From contig CACHFI010000004.1 of assembly GCA_902579065.1 (NCBI GenBank), positions 1 to 48,004 on the forward strand: a DNA stretch of 48,004 bases. Direction: 5' to 3'. Within the stretch, counting starts at the first letter, position 1. The number at the start of each line of letters is the position of its first letter. The notes under the pieces were generated by a model. That model ran no database searches and had not been told where the DNA came from. It was given only the letters and a program-made list of their open reading frames with translations. Below, piece after piece: positions 7,429 through 16,339 of the stretch. This DNA is from an uncultured Bacteroidota bacterium (GTDB taxonomy: Bacteria > Bacteroidota > Bacteroidia > Flavobacteriales > BACL11). The translations under genes and the position numbers were made by a program.

Positions 7429-9888
7429 TTAGTATTCTGTATTTGATTCTTCAGAGACATCATCGTTATTAATTTTAGATCTTTTAGAATTTGATTTGAA
7501 ATTTAATTTTCCAAAAGTATATTTAAAACTAATTCCTATTGATGTGAACATACTTGTTCTAACAGATGTTTGATTAAAATTATCACCGCTTAATTCTGTT
7601 GTCCATACCTTTTCACCATTTTTTGCAAAAGGCTCAACTATTCTTAATCCAATAGATCCTCTTTGATTTTTAAATTCTTTTTTAATTCCAAAACTCATCA
7701 TAGAAAAGCTAGTGGAAGTTCCTTGTAGAGTTTGCGAAGGCGATCTGGCAAATCCAAATCCTTCAGCCTTCCAATTATTAGCTAATTTTAATGTGATTCC
7801 AAAGTTGTAGTTATATAATAGCGCAGATCTATTTTCACTGGCAAATCTATTATCTTCAGCCTCATAGGAATATAAATTAAATCCACCTCTTAGTGTAAGC
7901 TTATCAAATCTTATAGATCCATAGTAATTAAAACCATATCTAGTACTACTACCTATATTTTCATAGGTTGTTATAGATGTATCATTTTGAATTCTCAAAA
8001 ATGATTCAATTAAATCATTACTTTCTTTAAAGTAAACATAATAGCTGCCTTGATACTTTCTTCCAAAACTATTATAGCCAAGTTCAATTTGTTTTGTAGT
8101 TGATGGAGTTAATTCTGGATTACCAATAGTAATATTTTTATTATCAGTAATATTAGTATTAGTATTTATATAGCTACTACTTGGTCTTGAAATTCTCGAG
8201 TTATAACTAAGCTTTAGACTTTTACCCATATCAATTTTTTTGGAGAATGTTAGATTAGGTAAAATGTTATCATAGTTTTCAGAAAATGGAGTATTAGTTC
8301 CATTTTTCCAATCACCTTCTATTTTGGTGTGTTCATATCTAGTACCAGCCTTAAGACTATAGTCATTAGGAAGACTTATATTAGAAGAAAGGTATAAAGC
8401 ATTAACTGTTTGAGTGTAGTTAAAAATTTCATTATTAAAAACATAATCTATATTTTCTGATTGTGTTTCATAATCCATTTCTTGATCTCTAATAATCATT
8501 TTACCTCCAATTTCAATTAAGTGATCTTTAATTGGCTGTGTATAATCAATTTGAAAGGTATGTTCAAAATTTTGTTCGTCATTTATATTTTTCAGATTTA
8601 TTAGACCATTATTTTCTGAAATATCAGTCTCATTATCTCTAATTCTATTTCCTAATTGATAAGAAATACTCAGTTCTCTATCTTCATTATCTTCAAATGT
8701 TCTAGTATAGTCGGTATTCCAGCTTATATTATTTCTAACATTTGTTGATTCTAGATATGAATTATAATTGTAAGATGTATCTACACCATTATAATTTATG
8801 GTGGTTGTATTGTCAGATGGTGTGTTTCTTCCTCTAAAGTTAATATCAGATGAAATAGAATTATAAGCATTTATATCATAATACATGTTAATTCCTGAAC
8901 CATATCCAATCCATTGACTCTCACTAACACCATTATTGGTTAAAATATTAGTGTCTCCATTTTCATTCCAATCTTCTCTTTCATAAGTTGTATTTCCCTC
9001 TCTTGGCCAACTATACCAAGCATTACCTCTAGCAGAGAGACTAAACCTTCCTTTTCCTAAGGTTAAATTAAATCCATTTTTATTATTTCTTGTTCCAAAA
9101 GAACCATCTACAGAAGCTTTATATCCATCTATAACTTTTTTCTGAGTAATGATGTTTACAATTCCTGCCTCACCTTCACCATCATACTTTGCACCAGGAG
9201 ATGTGATAATTTCAACACTTTTTATTTCATCTGCTGGAATCATCTGTAGGGCAGAAGCTAAATCACCTGAAAGAAAAGAAGAAGCTTTACCATTTAAAAG
9301 GAATTTTATTTGCTTAGAACCCCTTAATTCAACGTTACCGTCAAAGTCAACAGATAATAGTGGAGCTTTTCTTAAAACATCAGTAGCATCATCTGATGCT
9401 CCAGCATCATCACTTTCAGCATTATATATAATTTTATCTAGCTTAGATTCATAAATTGGTTTTTGTTCATCAATAGTTATTTCAGATAACATTTCAGAAC
9501 TTACTTCTAGGCTTATTTCTTTTAAATTAACATCAGGATTTCTTTTGGTTATTTTAAACTCTACTTCTTTTGGTTTGTATCCTAAATAATTAATTTTTAA
9601 GATATAATCCCCAGTTAATATTTCGGTCATTGAGAATTTACCATTGGCACCAGAAATAGTTCCCTCTATAACTTTATTCCATTTAACATTTGTAATACTA
9701 ATATTAGCATATTCTAATCCTTCTCCAGTATTAGAATCTACTATTTTACCACTAACGTTTCCTCTGAAATATGATGATTTCTTTTTTGAACCAAATCCGG
9801 AAAAATCACCTCCGTATCCTCCTTTTCCACCACGCTGAGCAATAGTTAATAAAGGAAGTAACAATAAAATTAAAATAAATTTTCTCAA
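7429..9888 (-). CDS. TonB-dependent receptor / outer-membrane beta-barrel protein with N-terminal carboxypeptidase-regulatory-like domain
   Basis: TTG start, signal peptide, plug motifs (DVLRKAPLLSVD, IKSVEIITSPGAKYDGEG.AGIVNII), GNPELTP, and FKYTFGK near the end. Confidence 0.85.
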   Translation of the reverse strand: MRKFILILLLLPLLTIAQRGGKGGYGGDFSGFGSKKKSSYFRGNVSGKIVDSNTGEGLEYANISITNVKWNKVIEGTISGANGKFSMTEILTGDYILKINYLGYKPKEVEFKITKRNPDVNLKEISLEVSSEMLSEITIDEQKPIYESKLDKIIYNAESDDAGASDDATDVLRKAPLLSVDFDGNVELRGSKQIKFLLNGKASSFLSGDLASALQMIPADEIKSVEIITSPGAKYDGEGEAGIVNIITQKKVIDGYKASVDGSFGTRNNKNGFNLTLGKGRFSLSARGNAWYSWPREGNTTYEREDWNENGDTNILTNNGVSESQWIGYGSGINMYYDINAYNSISSDINFRGRNTPSDNTTTINYNGVDTSYNYNSYLESTNVRNNISWNTDYTRTFEDNEDRELSISYQLGNRIRDNETDISENNGLINLKNINDEQNFEHTFQIDYTQPIKDHLIEIGGKMIIRDQEMDYETQSENIDYVFNNEIFNYTQTVNALYLSSNISLPNDYSLKAGTRYEHTKIEGDWKNGTNTPFSENYDNILPNLTFSKKIDMGKSLKLSYNSRISRPSSSYINTNTNITDNKNITIGNPELTPSTTKQIELGYNSFGRKYQGSYYVYFKESNDLIESFLRIQNDTSITTYENIGSSTRYGFNYYGSIRFDKLTLRGGFNLYSYEAEDNRFASENRSALLYNYNFGITLKLANNWKAEGFGFARSPSQTLQGTSTSFSMMSFGIKKEFKNQRGSIGLRIVEPFAKNGEKVWTTELSGDNFNQTSVRTSMFTSIGISFKYTFGKLNFKSNSKRSKINNDDVSEESNTEY

Positions 9889-9892
9889 AATA

Positions 9893-11305
9893 TTATATTT
9901 TACAGCTCATACCAAAAAGGGATTTATCTTTGATAATTTGATCAACACCATCTGGTACCATATGTTCCCAAGTACCAGTTTCACATAATTTAATTTTCTT
10001 TAAAACATCTTTGGAATATATTCCTAAAATATCTTGATCAAAATTTAAATCTTCTATTCTTTTATTACTGAGTAAATACTTATAAATGTCTTTTGCTCTA
10101 GGGTGTACCTTAATATTTTTGCTATTTATAATTGAATCTTCATTATCCCCTTGAGTTGGATATAGATATAATTTAACATCTCTTGTTAATATAACTCCAA
10201 ATGCTTCCATTATACCACCATTTAAGTTTCTGTAGTATTTTTCTTCAAACATTTCTACAAGATTATCAACTCCAATTATAAAACCAATCCTCTTATCACT
10301 ATATCTAGAAAAATACTCACATAATTTATAATATTTTTGATAATTGGAAATCATTACTGTATATCCCAAGGAACATAAAATATCGGCTCTATCAAGAAAA
10401 TCTCTTTCATCTAATTGTCCGTTAGACATCAAATTAGAAAGCGTTATTTCAAATAATAACTGTATATTTTCTTCTTTAACTTTTGAATTTTCTTTAAATT
10501 TTTCTAGACCCTTGGTTAACATGTCAATATTAACTTTAGTTACAGGTCTGAAGCTTCCCCTAAGGGCTAAAATATTTTTTTGAAATAAAACATCTGATGG
10601 ATATTTATTTTCACCAGCAGGAGTGAAAATAACGGCATTAGTCATTTTTTCTTTAACAAGTGTCAAACTCAATAATCTATTATCTATATCAGAAAAATTT
10701 GGACCTAACACTTCAACCATATCAATTTCGAAATTATCTCTGGAGAGATTGTCATAAAGTTGATTTAAGATTTCTTTTGGATCAGATTCATTAAAGCATG
10801 CATACATTAAATTAGTTCCTATTATTCCAATTGTTTCTTGTTGTATTCTTGCTTCTTGATCATGTAATCTGACATGAATTCTAAAATCATTAGGGTCTTT
10901 TGTAGGGTCAAGTTGAAACCTTAATCCAATCCATCCATGACCTTGTGCGGTTTTATCATAATTGATTGTAGTAACTGTATCAGCAAAAACAAAATATCTA
11001 GTGTCTTTATGATCTTTTCTATTTAATCTTTCTTCTAGTAAACCGTACTCTTGATCAAGCATCTTATTTAGCCTTGATTTGCATACATATCTACCATCAG
11101 ATTCTTTGCCATAAATTGCATCAGAAAAGTCTCTATCATAAGCTGACATTGTTTTGGCTATTGTTTTTGATGCACTACCAACTCTAAAAAATTGTCTAGC
11201 AACTTCTTGTCCAGCTCCAATTTCAACAAAAGAGCCGTATATGCTTTTATCTTTATTTATTCTTCTGGCTTTTTGACCAGCAGTAAGGATAATTTGTTTA
11301 TTCAT
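9893..11305 (-). CDS. Bacteroidota-type putative nicotinate/nicotinamide-nucleotide adenylyltransferase-like protein
   Basis: YGSFVEIGAGQEVAR and AKTMSAYD motifs; C-terminal half has LRGSFRPVTKVN (HIGH-superfamily-like), FIIGVDN and WEHMVPDGV. Soluble, no signal peptide. Confidence 0.6.
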   Translation of the reverse strand: MNKQIILTAGQKARRINKDKSIYGSFVEIGAGQEVARQFFRVGSASKTIAKTMSAYDRDFSDAIYGKESDGRYVCKSRLNKMLDQEYGLLEERLNRKDHKDTRYFVFADTVTTINYDKTAQGHGWIGLRFQLDPTKDPNDFRIHVRLHDQEARIQQETIGIIGTNLMYACFNESDPKEILNQLYDNLSRDNFEIDMVEVLGPNFSDIDNRLLSLTLVKEKMTNAVIFTPAGENKYPSDVLFQKNILALRGSFRPVTKVNIDMLTKGLEKFKENSKVKEENIQLLFEITLSNLMSNGQLDERDFLDRADILCSLGYTVMISNYQKYYKLCEYFSRYSDKRIGFIIGVDNLVEMFEEKYYRNLNGGIMEAFGVILTRDVKLYLYPTQGDNEDSIINSKNIKVHPRAKDIYKYLLSNKRIEDLNFDQDILGIYSKDVLKKIKLCETGTWEHMVPDGVDQIIKDKSLFGMSCKI

Positions 11306-11325
11306 TATCGAATATTGATATTTAA

Positions 11326-11333
11326 CAAAATTA
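11326..11333 (-). promoter_or_regulatory. Bacteroidota -7 element (TAATTTTG)
   Basis: CAAAATTA on the + strand, 20 bp upstream of the 11305 start. Confidence 0.5.
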
Positions 11334-11414
11334 AGTAGATATTTTAATTAAAGCATAATTTATAACCAATAATTGTAAATTATAATATATAATTTTACAA
11401 TATAATTAAACATA

Positions 11415-12176
11415 ATGGAAATTACTTTTTTAGGAACTGGTACATCCCAAGGAGTACCTGTAATTACTTGTAAATGTGATGTTTGTTTATCTACAAATAA
11501 AGAGGATAAGAGACTAAGAACATCGATTCTTATTAAAGATAATAATACTAATATAGTAATTGATACAGGTCCAGATTTTAGACAACAGATGCTTAGGGAA
11601 AAAGTTGAAAAATTAGATGCTGTTTTATTCACTCATTCGCATAAAGATCACACTGCTGGTTTAGACGATATTAGATCATATAATTTTAAAGCCAAAAAGC
11701 CTATGGAAATATACTGCTCTAAAGATGTTCTTTCAGCTTTAAAAATGGAATTTTCTTATATTTTTTCAGAGTTTAAGTATCCAGGAGTGCCAAAAGTTAA
11801 TGTAAATCTATTTAGTAGTGATGAGTTTTATATTGAAAATACTAAAGTAATACCAATCAAAGCTATGCATTACAAATTACCAGTTCATGGTTTTAGGATC
11901 AAAAATTTTGTTTATTTAACTGATTTAAGTAAGATTTCTGAAAATGAGAAAAATAAGATGCTCAATGCAGATGTAATTGTTTTAGATTCCCTTAGAAAAG
12001 AACCTCATTTATCTCACCTTTGTTTAGAAGAATCTATAGATTTATTAAATGAATTGAAACCTAAACAAGCTTACTTAATACATATAAGTCATTTAATGGG
12101 TTTGCATCATGAAGTTAATGAAACTTTACCTGATTATATTTCTTTGTCTTATGATGGTTTAAAAATCACTATATAA
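11415..12176 (+). CDS. MBL-fold metallo-hydrolase, PhnP/YcfH-neighbour-type phosphodiesterase-like
   Basis: FLGTGTSQGVP, C.C.VC, IDTGPDFRQQ, THSHKDH (HxHxDH), YLTD, HISH and SYDGL. Confidence 0.85.
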   Translation: MEITFLGTGTSQGVPVITCKCDVCLSTNKEDKRLRTSILIKDNNTNIVIDTGPDFRQQMLREKVEKLDAVLFTHSHKDHTAGLDDIRSYNFKAKKPMEIYCSKDVLSALKMEFSYIFSEFKYPGVPKVNVNLFSSDEFYIENTKVIPIKAMHYKLPVHGFRIKNFVYLTDLSKISENEKNKMLNADVIVLDSLRKEPHLSHLCLEESIDLLNELKPKQAYLIHISHLMGLHHEVNETLPDYISLSYDGLKITI

Positions 12177-12182
12177 AGGATT

Positions 12183-12214
12183 TTGCATAATTTTTTTATT
12201 AAAAAACTATGCAA
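12183..12214. repeat. Imperfect inverted repeat (terminator or operator)
   Basis: TTGCATA-A-TTTTTT-TATT-AAAAAA-C-TATGCAA: 13 of 14 positions paired, between the MBL gene stop and the protease promoter. Confidence 0.5.
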
Positions 12215-12248
12215 TATTTATTTTATTCATTATTTTTGATATAAATTA

Positions 12249-12256
12249 TATATTTG
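12249..12256 (+). promoter_or_regulatory. Bacteroidota -7 element (TATATTTG)
   Basis: TAnnTTTG 19 bp upstream of ATG 12276. Confidence 0.55.
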
Positions 12257-12275
12257 TTAAACAATAATTATACTC

Positions 12276-15071
12276 ATGAAAAATATTCTTTCACTTTCCT
12301 TTTTTATTTTAATAACAACTAATGTTTTTGCTACAAAATGTGATCATCATGATGATTACGAAATAAGGTATATAACTGAAAATATGCAGCTTATTAATCA
12401 AATTCAAGAAAATTTACGTAATCAAGTACCGTGGCAAGAATTTTTATCAAATCACCCAAATTGGTTTACCTATTTTAATGAATATAATTATAAACCTCAC
12501 AGAGCATTTGGTTCACCAATAAATTTAAATCAAGGTTCATCACTTGAAGAAAAATTTGAGAATTTTATTTTATCTGATTTATCTGTTTTCAATATCCCTT
12601 CACATATAATTTTAAATAGAAAATCTGAAAATGACAAGTATATAAATTTAGATTACAAACAAATATATAATTCATTAGAAGTTATTGATAGTAGACTATA
12701 CGCAAAATTTAATCTTAAAAATCAATTAGTTGCATTTGGTTTAGATTTATTTTCTGATATATCAATTAGTACTATCCCAACAATAACACAAACTGATGCC
12801 ATTCAATCAGCATCACAAAATATTACATCTAATATTTTTAATGATATTGTTGAAGAAGATTTAAAAATTCTTCCAATTCCAAAGAATGGAAAGTATAATT
12901 ATCATCTAGTATATACAGTTAAGATTTCAACTAAATTAACACACGGTCCAGCAAATTACATATGTTATGTTGATGCAAATAGTGGTGAATTATTAATGAG
13001 AATAAATACTGTACATTACGAAGCACCTTCTATTGCAACAGTAAATGTTGAAGGAGAAGTTTACACTACAAACCCTTACAATCCATCTACTGTAGAAAAT
13101 TTGGTTAATCTTAGAGTTCAAAAAAGTGGAAACAATTACTATACTGATAATTTTGGTAATGTAACTATTCCTGGCAGTGGTAATGCTATTTTTAATTTAG
13201 ATGGTTTATTTACTGAAGTCCAAACAAATAATAATATTCCAGCTTTTTCCTCTCAACTTTCAAATACCAATGTTGCTTTTGACAATTCAAACTCAACTAT
13301 TCAAGAAAGAACAGCTTTTTGGGCAGTTAATCAAATTCACGATCACTTAAAGTCTGTTTTTCCAACATTCACAGGACTTGATTACGCTATTGAAACAAAT
13401 ATTGATGTACAAGGTAGTTGTAATGCATACTACGATGGAACTATTAATTTTTATGCAGAAGGAAATGGATGTAATGCTACAGCAAAAATTCCTGATGTTG
13501 TATATCATGAGTATGGTCATGGAATAAATAATTACAGATATGGTTCTGGAATGTGGAATGGAGGTCTAAATGAGGGATATGCTGATATTTGGGCAATATC
13601 TTTAACTCAAAGTCCAGTTCTAGGTTTTGGATGGGATTTAGTTGATCCAACAGTATATGTAAGAAGATATGATCAAAATAGAAAAGTATATCCTCAAGAT
13701 TTAGTTGGTCAAGTTCATGCTGATGGTGAAATTATTGCTGGAGCTTTTTGGGATACATATTTAAATTTAGGAAGTATGCAGCAGATGTTGGATTTATTTA
13801 AATATACATTTGATGGTGCACCAGACGGTCCAAATGGTACAGAAGGTATAATTTACACAGATGTTTTAGTAGAAGTATTATTTGCAGATGATAACGATGC
13901 GGATTTAACAAATGGTACTCCTAATGATTTAGATATTATTCAAGCTTTTGCCCTTCATGGCATTACTCTTCTGTCAAATGCTGTTATAGCTCACTCTCCT
14001 GTCTCTTTAGCTCCTGGAAATATAGATATCTCCATAAGTGCTAATATATCAGCAACGTATTCATGGGCACTTTCTAGTGCAAATTGTTTTTACAGATTAA
14101 ACGATGATCAAAATTGGAATAATATTACTATGACTGCAAATGGAAATAATTATACTGCAACTATTCCTGCTCAATCTAATGGTAATATTGTAGCATATTA
14201 TATTTCAATGACTGACAATTATGGATTTGAATCAGGAATTAACCCTCAAGAGTCAAATGTTGTTCCACTAAAAGATGCTAACCTTCCATTCTTTATTATG
14301 GTTGGATATGAACTCTATGAAGAAGAAGATTTTGATTTTAATGTAGGTTTTTGGCAAACTGGTGATCCAATTGATAATGCTACTACTGGAATGTGGGAAA
14401 TTGGCTCTCCAATAGGATCTTATGATGATCCAAATAGTTTATCCGGAATGGTTCAACCTGCTTATCAGCATACCCCTAATGGTTACGCTTGTGCATTTAC
14501 TCAAAATGCATCATCTATAAACGATGGGATAGGAGCTAATGATGTAGATGGTGGACATACAACATTATTTTCTCCATATTATAATTTAACAAACTACATA
14601 AATCCTGCATTTACATATTGGAGATGGTATACAAATAACCCTTCTAGTGGTGCCAATCCTGGAGCTGATTGGTGGCAAGTAATGATCACTGATGATGGTG
14701 TTAATTGGGTTTATGTTGAAAATACATTGAGTTCTGATTTAAGCTGGAGAAGAAATGCCTTTAGGGTTAAAGATTATGTCAATTTAACATCGTCAGTTCA
14801 ATTAAAATTCATTGCATCTGATAGTATAAGACCTGGTCAATATTTGGATGGTGGAAGTTTGATTGAAGCTGCTGTTGATGATCTTTATCTTTATGAAAGT
14901 TTAAGTTCAGGGACTTCTACTAATTTTGATGTTAATGCTGTTGAACCAAAATTAATTAGAATTACTGATTATTTAGGCAGAGAAATTAATCCAAACAATA
15001 TTAATTCTCTTAATAATTTAATTTATTATTTTGAGGATGGAACAGTCAAAAAGAAATTAAAATTTAACTAA
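12276..15071 (+). CDS. Secreted zinc metalloprotease, thermolysin/fungalysin (M4/M36)-like, with propeptide and C-terminal accessory domains
   Basis: Signal peptide, FTP/PepSY-like propeptide (YKQIYNSLEV, YVDANSGELL), NAYYDG, VYHEYGH (HExxH), NEGYAD (third ligand), VHADGEI. Confidence 0.85.
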   Translation: MKNILSLSFFILITTNVFATKCDHHDDYEIRYITENMQLINQIQENLRNQVPWQEFLSNHPNWFTYFNEYNYKPHRAFGSPINLNQGSSLEEKFENFILSDLSVFNIPSHIILNRKSENDKYINLDYKQIYNSLEVIDSRLYAKFNLKNQLVAFGLDLFSDISISTIPTITQTDAIQSASQNITSNIFNDIVEEDLKILPIPKNGKYNYHLVYTVKISTKLTHGPANYICYVDANSGELLMRINTVHYEAPSIATVNVEGEVYTTNPYNPSTVENLVNLRVQKSGNNYYTDNFGNVTIPGSGNAIFNLDGLFTEVQTNNNIPAFSSQLSNTNVAFDNSNSTIQERTAFWAVNQIHDHLKSVFPTFTGLDYAIETNIDVQGSCNAYYDGTINFYAEGNGCNATAKIPDVVYHEYGHGINNYRYGSGMWNGGLNEGYADIWAISLTQSPVLGFGWDLVDPTVYVRRYDQNRKVYPQDLVGQVHADGEIIAGAFWDTYLNLGSMQQMLDLFKYTFDGAPDGPNGTEGIIYTDVLVEVLFADDNDADLTNGTPNDLDIIQAFALHGITLLSNAVIAHSPVSLAPGNIDISISANISATYSWALSSANCFYRLNDDQNWNNITMTANGNNYTATIPAQSNGNIVAYYISMTDNYGFESGINPQESNVVPLKDANLPFFIMVGYELYEEEDFDFNVGFWQTGDPIDNATTGMWEIGSPIGSYDDPNSLSGMVQPAYQHTPNGYACAFTQNASSINDGIGANDVDGGHTTLFSPYYNLTNYINPAFTYWRWYTNNPSSGANPGADWWQVMITDDGVNWVYVENTLSSDLSWRRNAFRVKDYVNLTSSVQLKFIASDSIRPGQYLDGGSLIEAAVDDLYLYESLSSGTSTNFDVNAVEPKLIRITDYLGREINPNNINSLNNLIYYFEDGTVKKKLKFN

Positions 15072-16339
15072 TTTATTTCTTTGAATTTATTGTTATTGTA
15101 AATCCCTAGTGCTTTTCCTTTTAACTTTTTCCCAAAAAATGGGCTGTTTTTAGATTTTGATAAAGTATCATTTTCTTCTAATGACCATTCTATTTCTGGA
15201 TTGAAAATAGTAAGATTTGCTTTATTACCTTCTTCAATAGTGTAATTATCAAGACCAAGAATCTTTCTTGGATTATTAGCAATTTTTTCAATTATTTGAT
15301 TAATTGACAAATGTTTTTCTAGGTTTTTATTTATTAAACCAAATGCAGTTTCTAAACCAATTATTCCGAACTCGGCATTATCAAATTCAATTTTTTTAGT
15401 CTCTACTTCAAATGGACTATGATCTGTTGTTATTACATCTATAGTGCCATTTTTTAAACCCTTTACAATTGCTTTGTTATCAGAATTTGACCTTAAAGGA
15501 GGTAGAACCTTAAATCTTGTATCAAAATTATTTACTGATTCATCAGTTAAAAATATATTATGTAAAGCAACATCAGCTGAAATATTAATTCCATCTTCTT
15601 TAGCTTGTTTAATTTTATCAACACTTTTTTCAGTACTAATGTAAGATTCATGAATTCTTCCATCAGTATATTTACATAAACTAATATCTCTGTCAAGCAT
15701 CATTTCTTCAGCTATATTTGGAATGCCTTTTAAGCCTAATTGAGTACTAATTTTTCCTTCATTAATTACTCCTTTATTTTGCATCTTTATATCATTTGGG
15801 TAATTCATCAATAGAGCATCAGAATTTTTCATATAAAGCAAAGCAATTTTCATTAATTCATTGTTTTGAATAGATTTTTTATCATCGGTGAATGCTATAC
15901 ATCCATTTTTAGTCATATCATGTATTTCAACTATGTTTTTTCCTTCTTGATTCATAGTTAAATTTCCAGCTACTTGAATATTTACAATATGTTTTTTACT
16001 AAAGCTTTTAATAAAATCTATCATTGAACTATTGTCAATTGATGGATTAGTATTTGGCATTAATAGCACCTCAGTATATCCTCCCTTTGCTGCTACATTC
16101 AATCCATTTTCAATTGTTTCCCTTTGCTCAAAACCAGGTTGACCAAAGTTTACATGCATATCTAACCAACCTTGAGAAATATGTAAGTTATCACTTTTAA
16201 AAATCTTTGTTTCAGAATCTATTTGAATCTTTTTAGCAATCTTTTCAATTTTATTATTATTAATAAGAATATCACAAATTTTACCGTTGTGTTTAGATGA
16301 ACTATCAATAATTTTAGCTTCTTTAATTAGTATTTTCAT
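15068..16339 (-). CDS. pyrC: Dihydroorotase-like amidohydrolase (metal ligands degenerate; PyrC'-like)
   Basis: AAKGGYT, MPNTNP.ID, FTDD, KVLPPLR, DVITTDHSP, FGIIGLETA and SKSKNSPF match type I DHOase, but HxH reads HVN. Confidence 0.75.
   Translation of the reverse strand: MKILIKEAKIIDSSSKHNGKICDILINNNKIEKIAKKIQIDSETKIFKSDNLHISQGWLDMHVNFGQPGFEQRETIENGLNVAAKGGYTEVLLMPNTNPSIDNSSMIDFIKSFSKKHIVNIQVAGNLTMNQEGKNIVEIHDMTKNGCIAFTDDKKSIQNNELMKIALLYMKNSDALLMNYPNDIKMQNKGVINEGKISTQLGLKGIPNIAEEMMLDRDISLCKYTDGRIHESYISTEKSVDKIKQAKEDGINISADVALHNIFLTDESVNNFDTRFKVLPPLRSNSDNKAIVKGLKNGTIDVITTDHSPFEVETKKIEFDNAEFGIIGLETAFGLINKNLEKHLSINQIIEKIANNPRKILGLDNYTIEEGNKANLTIFNPEIEWSLEENDTLSKSKNSPFFGKKLKGKALGIYNNNKFKEIN

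Noticed and set aside
9780-9840. Locally GC-rich patch encoding QRGGKGGYGGDFSGFG
   Set aside because: It reflects Gly codons in a low-complexity linker after the signal peptide; there is no sign of an RNA element or insertion.
11415-12176. PhnP-like hydrolase as part of the phosphate locus or a C-P lyase pathway
   Set aside because: It is a widespread housekeeping MBL family, lies 6 kb away, and no phn genes are present.
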